NCBI GenBank assembly: GCA_015478585.1 | Contig: JADMIM010000008.1 | Location: 5,784-69,783, forward strand | From: Thermaceae bacterium | GTDB taxonomy: Bacteria; Deinococcota; Deinococci; Deinococcales; Thermaceae | Direction: 5' to 3' | Length of the DNA stretch: 64,000 nucleotides | Shown: in pieces, positions 9,158-17,601 of the stretch | Layout of the letters: each line of letters starts with the position of its first letter | Numbering within the stretch: position 1 is the stretch's first letter | The notes under the pieces: model-generated | What the model was told of the DNA's origin: nothing | Seen by the model: only the letters and a program-made list of their open reading frames with translations | Databases searched by the model: none | Made by a program: the position numbers and the translations under genes

Positions 9158-10357
9158 ATGATTGACCCGCACACCCCGGCTCATAAACCCGACCAGGTGC
9201 TAGGAGAGCGCTTGAGTGCACTAACTATTGGTATGGATCGCCTCGAGCGCCGCCTCAATGGGGGTGAAGGAGCCCTCGATTCGGAGGGCTTGGTACCGAT
9301 TTACCTGGGAGACCAACTGTTTTCTCCTACCGAACTCTCTGGCTGGGACGAGGCTTTTGAGCAATTGGAGACCCTTGGAGCGCAGGCTAAAAGCTATCTC
9401 CCAGGGCCACGCCGACGGTTTTTGCTCGACATGACCGATTCGCTGCGTGCGGCAGCCCAGCTTTTTAGTGGACAGGAGCTGGGATTCGCTGAGAAACTCG
9501 AGCGCTTGGTAGGCGTGCCGGCCCAGCCGGTGGCCCCCGAGCAGCTACAGGCCATGCAAGCCGAACTAGACCAGTTGCTGTTGGCCAGCGGATATCGCCT
9601 GGGCGGTCTGGCCGAGCGGGTAGCTCGCTGGGAAGCCGAGCGCTTTGTGGAGCCACAGAAGCTCGAGACCCTTTTTGAATCCCTGATGACCGAGGCCCAG
9701 CAGCGCACTGATGAGCGGATTTTCCCTACCGGGGACTACCATATGCGGCTCAACCTGGTGCGGGGCGTACCTTACAGCGCCCGGTGCAGCTTCAACAAGG
9801 GCCAGATGGACTTGAACGCCGACCTACACTTTACCCCCTCGGGTCTCAAGCACCTCGTCTGTCATGAAGTGTTTCCGGGTCACTCGACCCAACTGCTCTA
9901 CACCCTCGAGGGGGCTAGAACCGGCAAAAGCTCGCCTGACGCGCTGCTTTGTACGGCTAACACCGTAGTGGGGGCTATCCAAGAGGGCATTGGCGACCAA
10001 GGGATTCACCTGATTGGCTGGGTGGAATCGAGTGACGACGTGCTCCATCTGGCCTTGCGCAGGCTACGTTCGGCGGCGGCCACCAGCGCGGCTTGGTATC
10101 AGATGGGGGAGGGCTGGCCCTTAGAGAAAGTACGGGCGTTCCTGCAAGAAACTGCCTTCCCACAGGAAGTCTGGCTCGAGGGCCGGTTGCGCTTCGCCGC
10201 TCATCCCTTCCGCGGGCCGTTTATCGCCTCCTACTGGTATGGCGATGAGGCTGTGCGCGAGATGCGGGAGAGGGCAGGCCAGGCCCGCTTACCGGAGTTT
10301 GTGGAGTTTCTCTACGGCCAGATGAACTCTACGGCGAGCTTGCGGATGTGGGCCTGA
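9158..10357 (+). CDS. DUF885-like putative Zn-metallopeptidase (short form)
   Basis: HLVCHEVFPGHSTQ (HExxPGH), QEGIG, SYWYGDEAV; GGAGG RBS upstream of ATG 9158. Confidence 0.6.
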   Translation: MIDPHTPAHKPDQVLGERLSALTIGMDRLERRLNGGEGALDSEGLVPIYLGDQLFSPTELSGWDEAFEQLETLGAQAKSYLPGPRRRFLLDMTDSLRAAAQLFSGQELGFAEKLERLVGVPAQPVAPEQLQAMQAELDQLLLASGYRLGGLAERVARWEAERFVEPQKLETLFESLMTEAQQRTDERIFPTGDYHMRLNLVRGVPYSARCSFNKGQMDLNADLHFTPSGLKHLVCHEVFPGHSTQLLYTLEGARTGKSSPDALLCTANTVVGAIQEGIGDQGIHLIGWVESSDDVLHLALRRLRSAAATSAAWYQMGEGWPLEKVRAFLQETAFPQEVWLEGRLRFAAHPFRGPFIASYWYGDEAVREMRERAGQARLPEFVEFLYGQMNSTASLRMWA

Positions 10358-11148
10358 TGGCGAAAATCATGCTCGAAAACCACGAAACTGCTAGCGGCTC
10401 GGTGCGGGCGGTGGAACGAGCCTTGCAACTGGTCGAGGTGTTTGCTCGCTCGAGGGGGCCATTGGCAGTGACCGAGTTAGCTGCCGAGGTTGGGCTCCCA
10501 CCCAGCACCGTTCACCGCCTGGTGCAGACCTTGGTCAGCCTGGGCTACGTGGTGCAGTATCAGGAGTCCAAACGCTACGGCGTAGGGCGCGGTATCGCCG
10601 AGATTAACCGGGCCATGCTGCTGAAATACGAGTTTACCCAGTTTGCCGGGCCACATTTGGGAGCCCTGGTCGATGCCACCGGGGAAACGGCCAGCTTGGC
10701 GGCCTTGTATGGCACTTGGGCAATCTATTTGAATCAGGTCGAGTCGGCGGCGATAGTTCGGGTTTCTAACCCCATTGGCACCCTGGTTCCGCTGCACTGT
10801 ACCGCAGTAGGCAAGGTATTCCTGGCGGATTTTCGTGAACCCATGCTCGAGGAAACCCTCGAGTACGCCGGGCTCACAGCGCTCACCCCCAACACCCTTA
10901 CCAGCCGCGAGGCCCTCCAGCGTGAGCTGGAACAAGTGCATGCTCAGGGCTATGCCTTTGACGACGAGGAATATGCCCAGGGAGTGCGCTGTATTGCGGT
11001 GGGCTTGCGCGGCAGTTCGGGGGCGGTGGTTTCGGCCCTGAGTCTGTCTGGCCCAACCAGCCGAGTTAGCGATGAACGTATTCCAGCGCTGGCCCAAGCG
11101 GTGATGGAAATCGGGGGTCGTTTCGCTCAGCAGATGCGCAAGCCCTAG
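10357..11148 (+). CDS. IclR family transcriptional regulator
   Basis: SVRAVERALQLVE...GLPPSTVHRLVQTL HTH; PLHCTAVGKVFLA; GYAFDDEEY..GVRCIAV. Confidence 0.93.
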   Translation: MAKIMLENHETASGSVRAVERALQLVEVFARSRGPLAVTELAAEVGLPPSTVHRLVQTLVSLGYVVQYQESKRYGVGRGIAEINRAMLLKYEFTQFAGPHLGALVDATGETASLAALYGTWAIYLNQVESAAIVRVSNPIGTLVPLHCTAVGKVFLADFREPMLEETLEYAGLTALTPNTLTSREALQRELEQVHAQGYAFDDEEYAQGVRCIAVGLRGSSGAVVSALSLSGPTSRVSDERIPALAQAVMEIGGRFAQQMRKP

Positions 11149-11163
11149 TGCAGAGGATTTCTG

Positions 11164-12192
11164 ATGACCAAAGTGTTGATTTGTTCCTACCTCGAGCCTG
11201 AACACGTCGAGCGCATACGGGCGGTGGATTCCCGGCTCGAGGTGCTGTATCACCCCGAACTCCTGCCCAAGCCGCGCTATCCCGCCGACCACCTGGGGCA
11301 ACCCTTGCAACGCAGCCCCCAGGAGCAAACCCGATGGGAAGCGCTGCTGTCTGAAGCGGAAATCCTCTTCGACTTCGACTATACCGGGCTGGCTCAACTT
11401 CCCGAGCGAGCCCAAAAGGTGCGCTGGGTTCAGGCTACCAGTGCAGGTATTGGGCAGTTCGTCAAGCGCCAGGACTATAGCCGTATGGGAGTGGTTTTCA
11501 CCACTGCCAGTGGGGTTCATGCCAGGCCGCTGGCGGAGTTCGTGCTGATGGTGCTGCTCGAGCAGGTCAAGCAGGCTTCATTAGCCCGCCAACAGCAGCA
11601 GGAACACCTCTGGAAACGCTTCGCCACCGAGGAACTGACCGGCAAGACCCTAGCCATTGTCGGGCTGGGTAACATCGGGCGCGAAATCGCTCGCCTGGCC
11701 AAAGCTTTCGAGATGCGGGTGATCGCCAACAAACGCCGCAACAACCGGGAAAGCGCGACAGCGTTGGGGGTGGATCAGCTTTTTGCTTGGGATGAGCTTC
11801 ACCCGATGCTCGCCCAGGCCGATTTTGCCTGCCTCATCACCCCCCACACCCCCGAGACCGAAGGCTTGATGAACAAGGCTGCTTTTGCGGCAATGAAGCC
11901 CGGCGGGGTGCTCATTAATATTGCCAGGGGAGCCGTGCTGGTCGAATCTGACCTGCTCGAGGCCCTGGACTCTGGCAAACTGACTCACGCCGCCCTCGAT
12001 GTTGCTGCCGTCGAACCACTACCTTTCGATAGCCCGCTGTGGACGCATTCTAAGGTCACCATTTATCCCCACTCGGCCAGCACCAGCGCCCTCGAGAACG
12101 CCCGCCTGACCGAGCTTTTTTGCCAGAACCTGCGGCGCTATCTGGACGGGCAGCCACTCCTCAACCAACTCGATATCCAGAGGATGTACTGA
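11164..12192 (+). CDS. D-2-hydroxyacid dehydrogenase family protein
   Basis: IVGLGNIG, PHTPETEGL, INIARG, ALDV..EPLP, PHSAS. Confidence 0.9.
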   Translation: MTKVLICSYLEPEHVERIRAVDSRLEVLYHPELLPKPRYPADHLGQPLQRSPQEQTRWEALLSEAEILFDFDYTGLAQLPERAQKVRWVQATSAGIGQFVKRQDYSRMGVVFTTASGVHARPLAEFVLMVLLEQVKQASLARQQQQEHLWKRFATEELTGKTLAIVGLGNIGREIARLAKAFEMRVIANKRRNNRESATALGVDQLFAWDELHPMLAQADFACLITPHTPETEGLMNKAAFAAMKPGGVLINIARGAVLVESDLLEALDSGKLTHAALDVAAVEPLPFDSPLWTHSKVTIYPHSASTSALENARLTELFCQNLRRYLDGQPLLNQLDIQRMY

Positions 12193-13394
12193 TGGAGCGG
12201 TTGGAAATTACCGCCAGCGAATATCAAAGCCGAGTAAAAACCTTGCAGGGGCGTGTTGAGGCTGCTGGGTTCGCGGGTATGGTGGTCTTTGGGCCAGTGC
12301 GGGTCAGCTACCTGTGCGGATTTTTCTTTGCCAAGACCGAGCGTCCGGTGGCGTTGGTAGTTCCGGTCAATGGCAAACCGGGGATGCTGATTCCCCAGCT
12401 CGAGACCGATCACCTGCGCACCCAGTGTCCCCACATCGAAACTGTCCAGACCTACCCGGAATATCCGGGTGGCGGTTCGGGACGGCATCCCATGCTGTAC
12501 CTAGCTGATTTGCTGATGGAGTTAGGTCTGAAGAATAAACGCTTGGTCGCCGACCACGATGGCTACGAGAACCGCTGGGGCTACCGGGGGCCGAAGCTCA
12601 GTCAGGTATTGGGGCAGGCCGTGTCAGAGCACCTCGAGCTGATTGACGATGCCCGGATGGTCAAAAGCCCCGCCGAAATTGCACTCATCGAGGAAGCCTG
12701 CCGCTGGGGAGACCGTGCCCACCGCATCCTGCAAGACAAAATTGGGGTTGGGGCCAGTGAGCTGATGGTTTCGCAGGGCTCGAGCCTCGAGGCTACGCGG
12801 GAAATGCTGGCGGCGCTCGGCTCGCGTTACGTGCCCAAATCGCGCGAGGGTCTGCCCGCCAACGCTATGTTTATTCGCGGGGCCAACACCGCCAACCCGC
12901 ACGGCCTGCACCAGGGCGGCGGTGTACAGCCGGGCGACGTGTTGGTGACGGGAGCCTATGCCCTGATGGGTGGCTACGAGTCTGAACTCGAGCGTACCCT
13001 GCTCGTCGGGGAGCCCTCCGAGGACTTTGTCAAGTATTTCAATGCCATGCTGGCGGCGCAGGACGTAGCCTTTGCGGCGCTTCGTCCAGGCCGTACCTGT
13101 GCTGAGGTAGAGCAGGAGGTCTCGAGCTTCATCCGGGGTGAGTTGGGCCTGGGCGAATTGATGCGCCACCACACCGGCCACGGCTTCGGCCTCGAGGGGC
13201 ACGAGCACCCCTTTCTCGACCTCGACGACCCCACCCTCATCCAGCCAGGCATGATTTTCTCCGCCGAGCCGGGGCTCTATGTTCCGGATTTTGCCGGGTT
13301 TCGTCATTCTGACACCCTGCTCGTCACCGAAACCGGCTGCCGGGTGCTGTCGCAGTACCCACGCGACCTGGCCTCCTTGGTAATCACCGCTTGA
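12192..13394 (+). CDS. M24 family (Xaa-Pro-like) peptidase
   Basis: Creatinase-like N-domain, RMVKSPAEI, HHTGHGFGLEGHEHP, FSAEPGLY, FRHSDTLLVT; ATG overlaps the upstream TGA. Confidence 0.88.
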   Translation: MERLEITASEYQSRVKTLQGRVEAAGFAGMVVFGPVRVSYLCGFFFAKTERPVALVVPVNGKPGMLIPQLETDHLRTQCPHIETVQTYPEYPGGGSGRHPMLYLADLLMELGLKNKRLVADHDGYENRWGYRGPKLSQVLGQAVSEHLELIDDARMVKSPAEIALIEEACRWGDRAHRILQDKIGVGASELMVSQGSSLEATREMLAALGSRYVPKSREGLPANAMFIRGANTANPHGLHQGGGVQPGDVLVTGAYALMGGYESELERTLLVGEPSEDFVKYFNAMLAAQDVAFAALRPGRTCAEVEQEVSSFIRGELGLGELMRHHTGHGFGLEGHEHPFLDLDDPTLIQPGMIFSAEPGLYVPDFAGFRHSDTLLVTETGCRVLSQYPRDLASLVITA

Positions 13395-13472
13395 ATTGTG
13401 TCCAGACAAACCCCAGTTTTTTCTTCGCTGCTATAGCCCAATCGGGGAAGACACCGGTAGAATCAGGGTGAT

Positions 13473-13991
13473 TTGTCTATGCCCCTGGCCCTCGCTACCC
13501 TTAACCAGATGTCCCGCGAAGACTTTGTAAAGGCTGTGGGCTGGGTGTTCGAGGGTTCACCCTGGGTAGCAGAGCAGGTGTGGGTCACGCGGCCCTGGAG
13601 TAGTGTGGGGGTACTGCATAGGGCCATGTGTGAGATGGTGGAGCGGGCTCCGGTTGCCGCGAAGTTGACCCTGATTCGTGCCCACCCCGACCTGGGCAGC
13701 AGAGCTAAAATGGCTGAGGCCTCGGTAATTGAGCAAAAAGGTGCCGGTTTAGACAGCTTGAGCCCCGATGAATACGAGCAAATCCAAAATCTGAACCAGC
13801 GCTATACCGCCAAGTTTGGTTTTCCCTTCATATTTGCGGTCAAGGGCAAGACCAAGCTCGAGGTTTTAGCCGCTATGCACAGGCGGATGGCCCATTCTCG
13901 AGCCGACGAACTGGAAGAAGCCCTGGGGCAGATTTACCAGATTGCCCGGCTTCGTTTATCTGATAGCCTCGAGGGGGGTTTTAGTTCGTGA
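13473..13991 (+). CDS. uraD: OHCU decarboxylase
   Basis: VFEGSPWVAE, LIRAHPDLG, EQKGAGL, NQRYTAKFGFPFIFAVKG, EIARLRL-like C-terminus; start may be ATG 13479. Confidence 0.92.
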   Translation: MSMPLALATLNQMSREDFVKAVGWVFEGSPWVAEQVWVTRPWSSVGVLHRAMCEMVERAPVAAKLTLIRAHPDLGSRAKMAEASVIEQKGAGLDSLSPDEYEQIQNLNQRYTAKFGFPFIFAVKGKTKLEVLAAMHRRMAHSRADELEEALGQIYQIARLRLSDSLEGGFSS

Positions 13992-15295
13992 ATCCACTGC
14001 AACAAGACCGTTTGCGTACAGTCCGCTGGCCCTGGCTGATGGGGCTCCTGGCCCTGCTGGTTTTGGGTGAAGTAATTGCCCGGTTGGGGGGTTGGGATGC
14101 CCATGCCCGGGAGTGGCTCAACTTGCTGGTGCGGTTTTTTCACGTCATCTACGCCATTGCCTGGATTGGGGCCAGCTTCTACTTCATCTTCTTGGAGAAC
14201 TCCCTCGAGCGGCAGGGGGTGCGAGATGAGCTTTCGGGCAACATCTGGACGATTCACGGGGGCGGAATTTATTACCTGGAAAAATATAAAACCGCACCCA
14301 AGGAACTGCCCAAATACCTGCACTGGTTCAAATGGGATGCCTACTTCACCTGGATTACCGGGTTTTTGCTCTTGGTGATTGTGTATTATGCCGACCCCAG
14401 AGTGGCTTTGCTAAATCCCAACAGCACGCTCTCGAGCCCTGCGGCAATTGCTATTGCCCTGGGCAGCCTGGTCGTGGCCTGGCTAGTTTACGTGGGGCTT
14501 TCGCGCACCCCGCTCCTGCAAAAACCCGACCTGTTTATGTTGACAGCCCTGGTTCTGGTGGGACTCACGGCCTGGGGTCTGAGCCACATTTTTAGCGGGC
14601 GTGGAGCTTTTATCCATATTGGGGCCATGCTCGGCACCATCATGGCGGGCAATGTTTTCTTCGTAATTATTCCCTCCCAGAAGGCTTTGGTGAAAGCTGC
14701 CCAGGAGGGCAAGACCTTAGATCCAGCCTTCGTGAGCTGGGTGCAACTGCGTTCACGCCACAACAACTACCTCACTCTGCCGGTACTCTTCACCATGATC
14801 TCCAACCATTTTCCCAGCACCTATGCCAGCAACCTCAACTGGCTCATCCTGATGCTGTTGTTTGTGGCGGGGGTGGCGGTGCGGCACTTCATCAATGTGA
14901 CCGAGAAGGAACACCACATCACCCTCGAGCAGGGTGGGGCCATGCCCTATCTGCTGGTTCTGGCTGGGGTGATCGTGGTCGGTGCTTTTTACCTAACCGC
15001 CCCCAAAGCGGTGGCTACTGCCAGCACACAGCCGGCAACTTTCGCGCAGGTGCAGACCATTGTTACTCAGCGCTGCGCCAGTTGTCACGCTGCCAATCCC
15101 AGCCAAGCAGGTTTTGCCTCGGCCCCAGCGGGTATTATGCTGGACACTCCCGAGCGCATCCTGAGCCTCAAAGACCAGATTATTCAGGTTTCGGTCAACA
15201 CCAACTACATGCCCCTGGGCAACATCACCGGCATGAAGCCCGAGGAGCGCAACCTGCTGGGGGCTTGGTATCAGCAGGGGGCCAAAGATCCTTAG
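13988..15295 (+). CDS. puuD: Urate hydroxylase PuuD (membrane domain plus C-terminal cytochrome c)
   Basis: RFFHVIYAIAWIGASFYF, WTIHGGGIY, HWFKWDAYFTWITG, IMAGNVFFVIIPSQK, RSRHNNYLTLPVLFTMISNH; CASCH heme motif and a YMP axial Met; lies between uraD and uraH. Confidence 0.85.
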   Translation: MNPLQQDRLRTVRWPWLMGLLALLVLGEVIARLGGWDAHAREWLNLLVRFFHVIYAIAWIGASFYFIFLENSLERQGVRDELSGNIWTIHGGGIYYLEKYKTAPKELPKYLHWFKWDAYFTWITGFLLLVIVYYADPRVALLNPNSTLSSPAAIAIALGSLVVAWLVYVGLSRTPLLQKPDLFMLTALVLVGLTAWGLSHIFSGRGAFIHIGAMLGTIMAGNVFFVIIPSQKALVKAAQEGKTLDPAFVSWVQLRSRHNNYLTLPVLFTMISNHFPSTYASNLNWLILMLLFVAGVAVRHFINVTEKEHHITLEQGGAMPYLLVLAGVIVVGAFYLTAPKAVATASTQPATFAQVQTIVTQRCASCHAANPSQAGFASAPAGIMLDTPERILSLKDQIIQVSVNTNYMPLGNITGMKPEERNLLGAWYQQGAKDP

Positions 15296-15300
15296 GAGAG

Positions 15301-15930
15301 ATGATGTTTGACCTGTCTACACTGCTTGCGTTGTTGGGGGCTTCCATAGCCCTGGCCCTGCTGCCGGGGCCAAGCTCGATGCTGATTCTCTCGCGCAGCA
15401 TCTCCGGGGGCCGCGTGGTGGGCCTGGCGACTTGCCTGGGCAGCTTAGTGGGCTCGCTGGGGGTGGTGCTGGCAGCTGCGCTGGGGCTTTCGGCACTGCT
15501 GATGGCTTCAGACCTGGCTTTTGGTGTGGTGAAAATTGCTGGGGCGGTTTATCTGGTCTACATTGGCATCCGTACCCTTTTAGATAAACACGGCCTCGCG
15601 GCCCACGCCGTCGCCCCCATCACACCCCGGCAAGCCTTCGTCCAGGGCCTGCTGACCGACCTCCTGAACCCCAAAACCGCGCTGTTCTTCACGGCCTTTT
15701 TGCCGCAGTTCATCCACCACGAACGCGGCCTCGTAACGCTGCAATTCATCGTGCTGGGTTTTATTACTGTAGGAGTATTGGTAATTTATGCGACCACTCT
15801 GGCGATTTCGGCCTCGAGCGTTCGGGCTTGGCTGCTGCGGCATCCGGGCTTCGTGCGGGTGCAGTCGCGCATCGTGGGCTGCTTGTTTATCGGGCTGGGC
15901 CTGCGGCTGGCCTTGGCCCGCAGAGAATAG
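15301..15930 (+). CDS. LysE/RhtB family translocator
   Basis: LPGPS, GAVYLVYIG, LLNPKTALFF; GGAG RBS. Confidence 0.88.
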   Translation: MMFDLSTLLALLGASIALALLPGPSSMLILSRSISGGRVVGLATCLGSLVGSLGVVLAAALGLSALLMASDLAFGVVKIAGAVYLVYIGIRTLLDKHGLAAHAVAPITPRQAFVQGLLTDLLNPKTALFFTAFLPQFIHHERGLVTLQFIVLGFITVGVLVIYATTLAISASSVRAWLLRHPGFVRVQSRIVGCLFIGLGLRLALARRE

Positions 15931-15935
15931 CTTGT

Positions 15936-16292
15936 ATGGCCCGGCTTTCCACCCACGTTCTCGACCTGGCTGCGGGCAAACCTGCGGCGGGCGTGGATAT
16001 TGAGCTCTTTAAGCTGAATCTGAGCGGGGGACGGGCTTTTGTCAAAGCCACCACCACCAACGCTGACGGGCGCACCGACGAGCTTTTGCTCTGGGGAGAG
16101 CGGCTGGAGCCCGGCGTATACGAGCTGGTTTTCCATGCTGCGGCCTACCTCAAATCGCAGGGCTACAGCTTGCCCGACCCGCCCTTTCTCGACGAGGTGG
16201 TTATCCGCTTCGGGATTGCCGACCCGCAGGGGCATTATCACGTCCCGCTACTGCTTTCACCCTTCGGATATAGCACTTATCGAGGCAGTTGA
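15936..16292 (+). CDS. uraH: Hydroxyisourate hydrolase (transthyretin-like)
   Basis: LSTHVLD...GKPA, TNADGR, HYHVPLLLSPFGYSTYRGS. Confidence 0.95.
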   Translation: MARLSTHVLDLAAGKPAAGVDIELFKLNLSGGRAFVKATTTNADGRTDELLLWGERLEPGVYELVFHAAAYLKSQGYSLPDPPFLDEVVIRFGIADPQGHYHVPLLLSPFGYSTYRGS

Positions 16293-16321
16293 GATGAAGG
16301 CTGAAGGCTCGAGGAGTGTGA

Positions 16322-17563
16322 ATGGATTCTAAAGACTTGGCGGGCCAGGCCATAAGCCGCTGTAGGGTGCTGTCGGGCTTCTCCGAGGAAAAAGGCAAGC
16401 TCACCCGTACCTTTCTCTCTCCGCCGATGCGCGAGGTTCACGCGGCGCTCGCGTCCTGGATGGGGGAGTTGGGAATGGAAGTGCGGGTAGACGGTGTGGG
16501 AAACGTCATCGGGCGATATGAGGGCACCAAGCCTGGCGGTAAAACTTTTCTGATTGGCTCGCACGTGGACACTGTCAAGGACGCGGGCAAGTACGACGGG
16601 CCGCTGGGGGTGATGTTGGGCCTGGCCTTGGTGAAAGGTCTGCAAGGGCGCAGATTGCCTTTTGCCCTCGAGGTCGTGGCTTTTTCCGAAGAGGAAGGGG
16701 TGCGCTACGGGGTGCCTTTTCTCGGCAGCAAAGCCGTGACTGGAACCTTTGACCCAGCGCTTCTCAAGCTCAAAGACTCGGACGGTTCTACCGTTGCTGA
16801 TGCGATTCGGGTCTTCGGGCTCGACCCGGCTTGGATTCCACAAGCGGCCTATGACCGGGATAAGGTGCTGGGTTACCTCGAGTTTCACATCGAGCAAGGC
16901 CCGGTGCTGGAATCGCTGAAATATCCGCTCGGTATCGTCGAGGCGATTGTCGGGCAGACCCGTCTGGACGTGGCTTTCCGGGGTAAGGCCGGTCACGCCG
17001 GAACCACCCCCATGAACCTGCGCCGCGATGCTTTAGCTGGAGCTGCCGAGTGGATGACCCTGGCCGAGCGCGAGGCCAGGGGAGAGGCTGGCCTGGTCGC
17101 CACCGTCGGCATCATCCAGGCCCTGCCCGGCGCGGCCAACGTGATTCCTGGCGAGGTTCGCCTTAGCCTGGACGTGCGCCACCAGTACGACGAGGTGCGC
17201 GAGCGGTTGGTGGCTTATATAGCTACCAGGGCCCAGCAAGTCGCGCAGCGGCGAGACCTCGAGCTGGCCCTCAGCACCCGCTACGAGCAGCCCGCCGTGC
17301 CCTGCGACGAGGAGTTGAGCTATCTGCTTGAGGACTCGTTGGAAACGCTCGAGTTCCCCATTCACCGCCTGGTATCAGGCGCAGGCCACGACGCGATGAT
17401 CATGGCCCCTTTTTGCCCGTCCACGATGCTCTTTCTGCGCAGCCCGGAAGGGCTCTCGCATCACCCCGACGAGGCAGTCTGGCCGCAAGATGTGGAGGCA
17501 GCGGTGCGGGTGGGCTTGGAGTTTTTACGGCGGCTCGAGGCGAAATATGCGGATGGGGCGTAG
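16322..17563 (+). CDS. allC: Allantoate amidohydrolase (M20 family)
   Basis: LTRTFLSP, IGSHVDTV..AGKYDGPLG, SEEEGVR, EFHIEQGP, GHAGTTPM, SGAGHDA, SHHPDE. Confidence 0.85.
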   Translation: MDSKDLAGQAISRCRVLSGFSEEKGKLTRTFLSPPMREVHAALASWMGELGMEVRVDGVGNVIGRYEGTKPGGKTFLIGSHVDTVKDAGKYDGPLGVMLGLALVKGLQGRRLPFALEVVAFSEEEGVRYGVPFLGSKAVTGTFDPALLKLKDSDGSTVADAIRVFGLDPAWIPQAAYDRDKVLGYLEFHIEQGPVLESLKYPLGIVEAIVGQTRLDVAFRGKAGHAGTTPMNLRRDALAGAAEWMTLAEREARGEAGLVATVGIIQALPGAANVIPGEVRLSLDVRHQYDEVRERLVAYIATRAQQVAQRRDLELALSTRYEQPAVPCDEELSYLLEDSLETLEFPIHRLVSGAGHDAMIMAPFCPSTMLFLRSPEGLSHHPDEAVWPQDVEAAVRVGLEFLRRLEAKYADGA

Positions 17564-17601
17564 GGGTTTGCCATGGCAAACCCCTACGGGGTGGGAAATG
17601 T

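Noticed and set aside
10477-11520. 347-aa minus-strand ORF
   Set aside because: Antisense shadow of iclR and the dehydrogenase; no motifs. The same applies to most overlapping ORFs in the track, such as 51097-52092, 16277-16996, 33728-34477 and 28692-29561.
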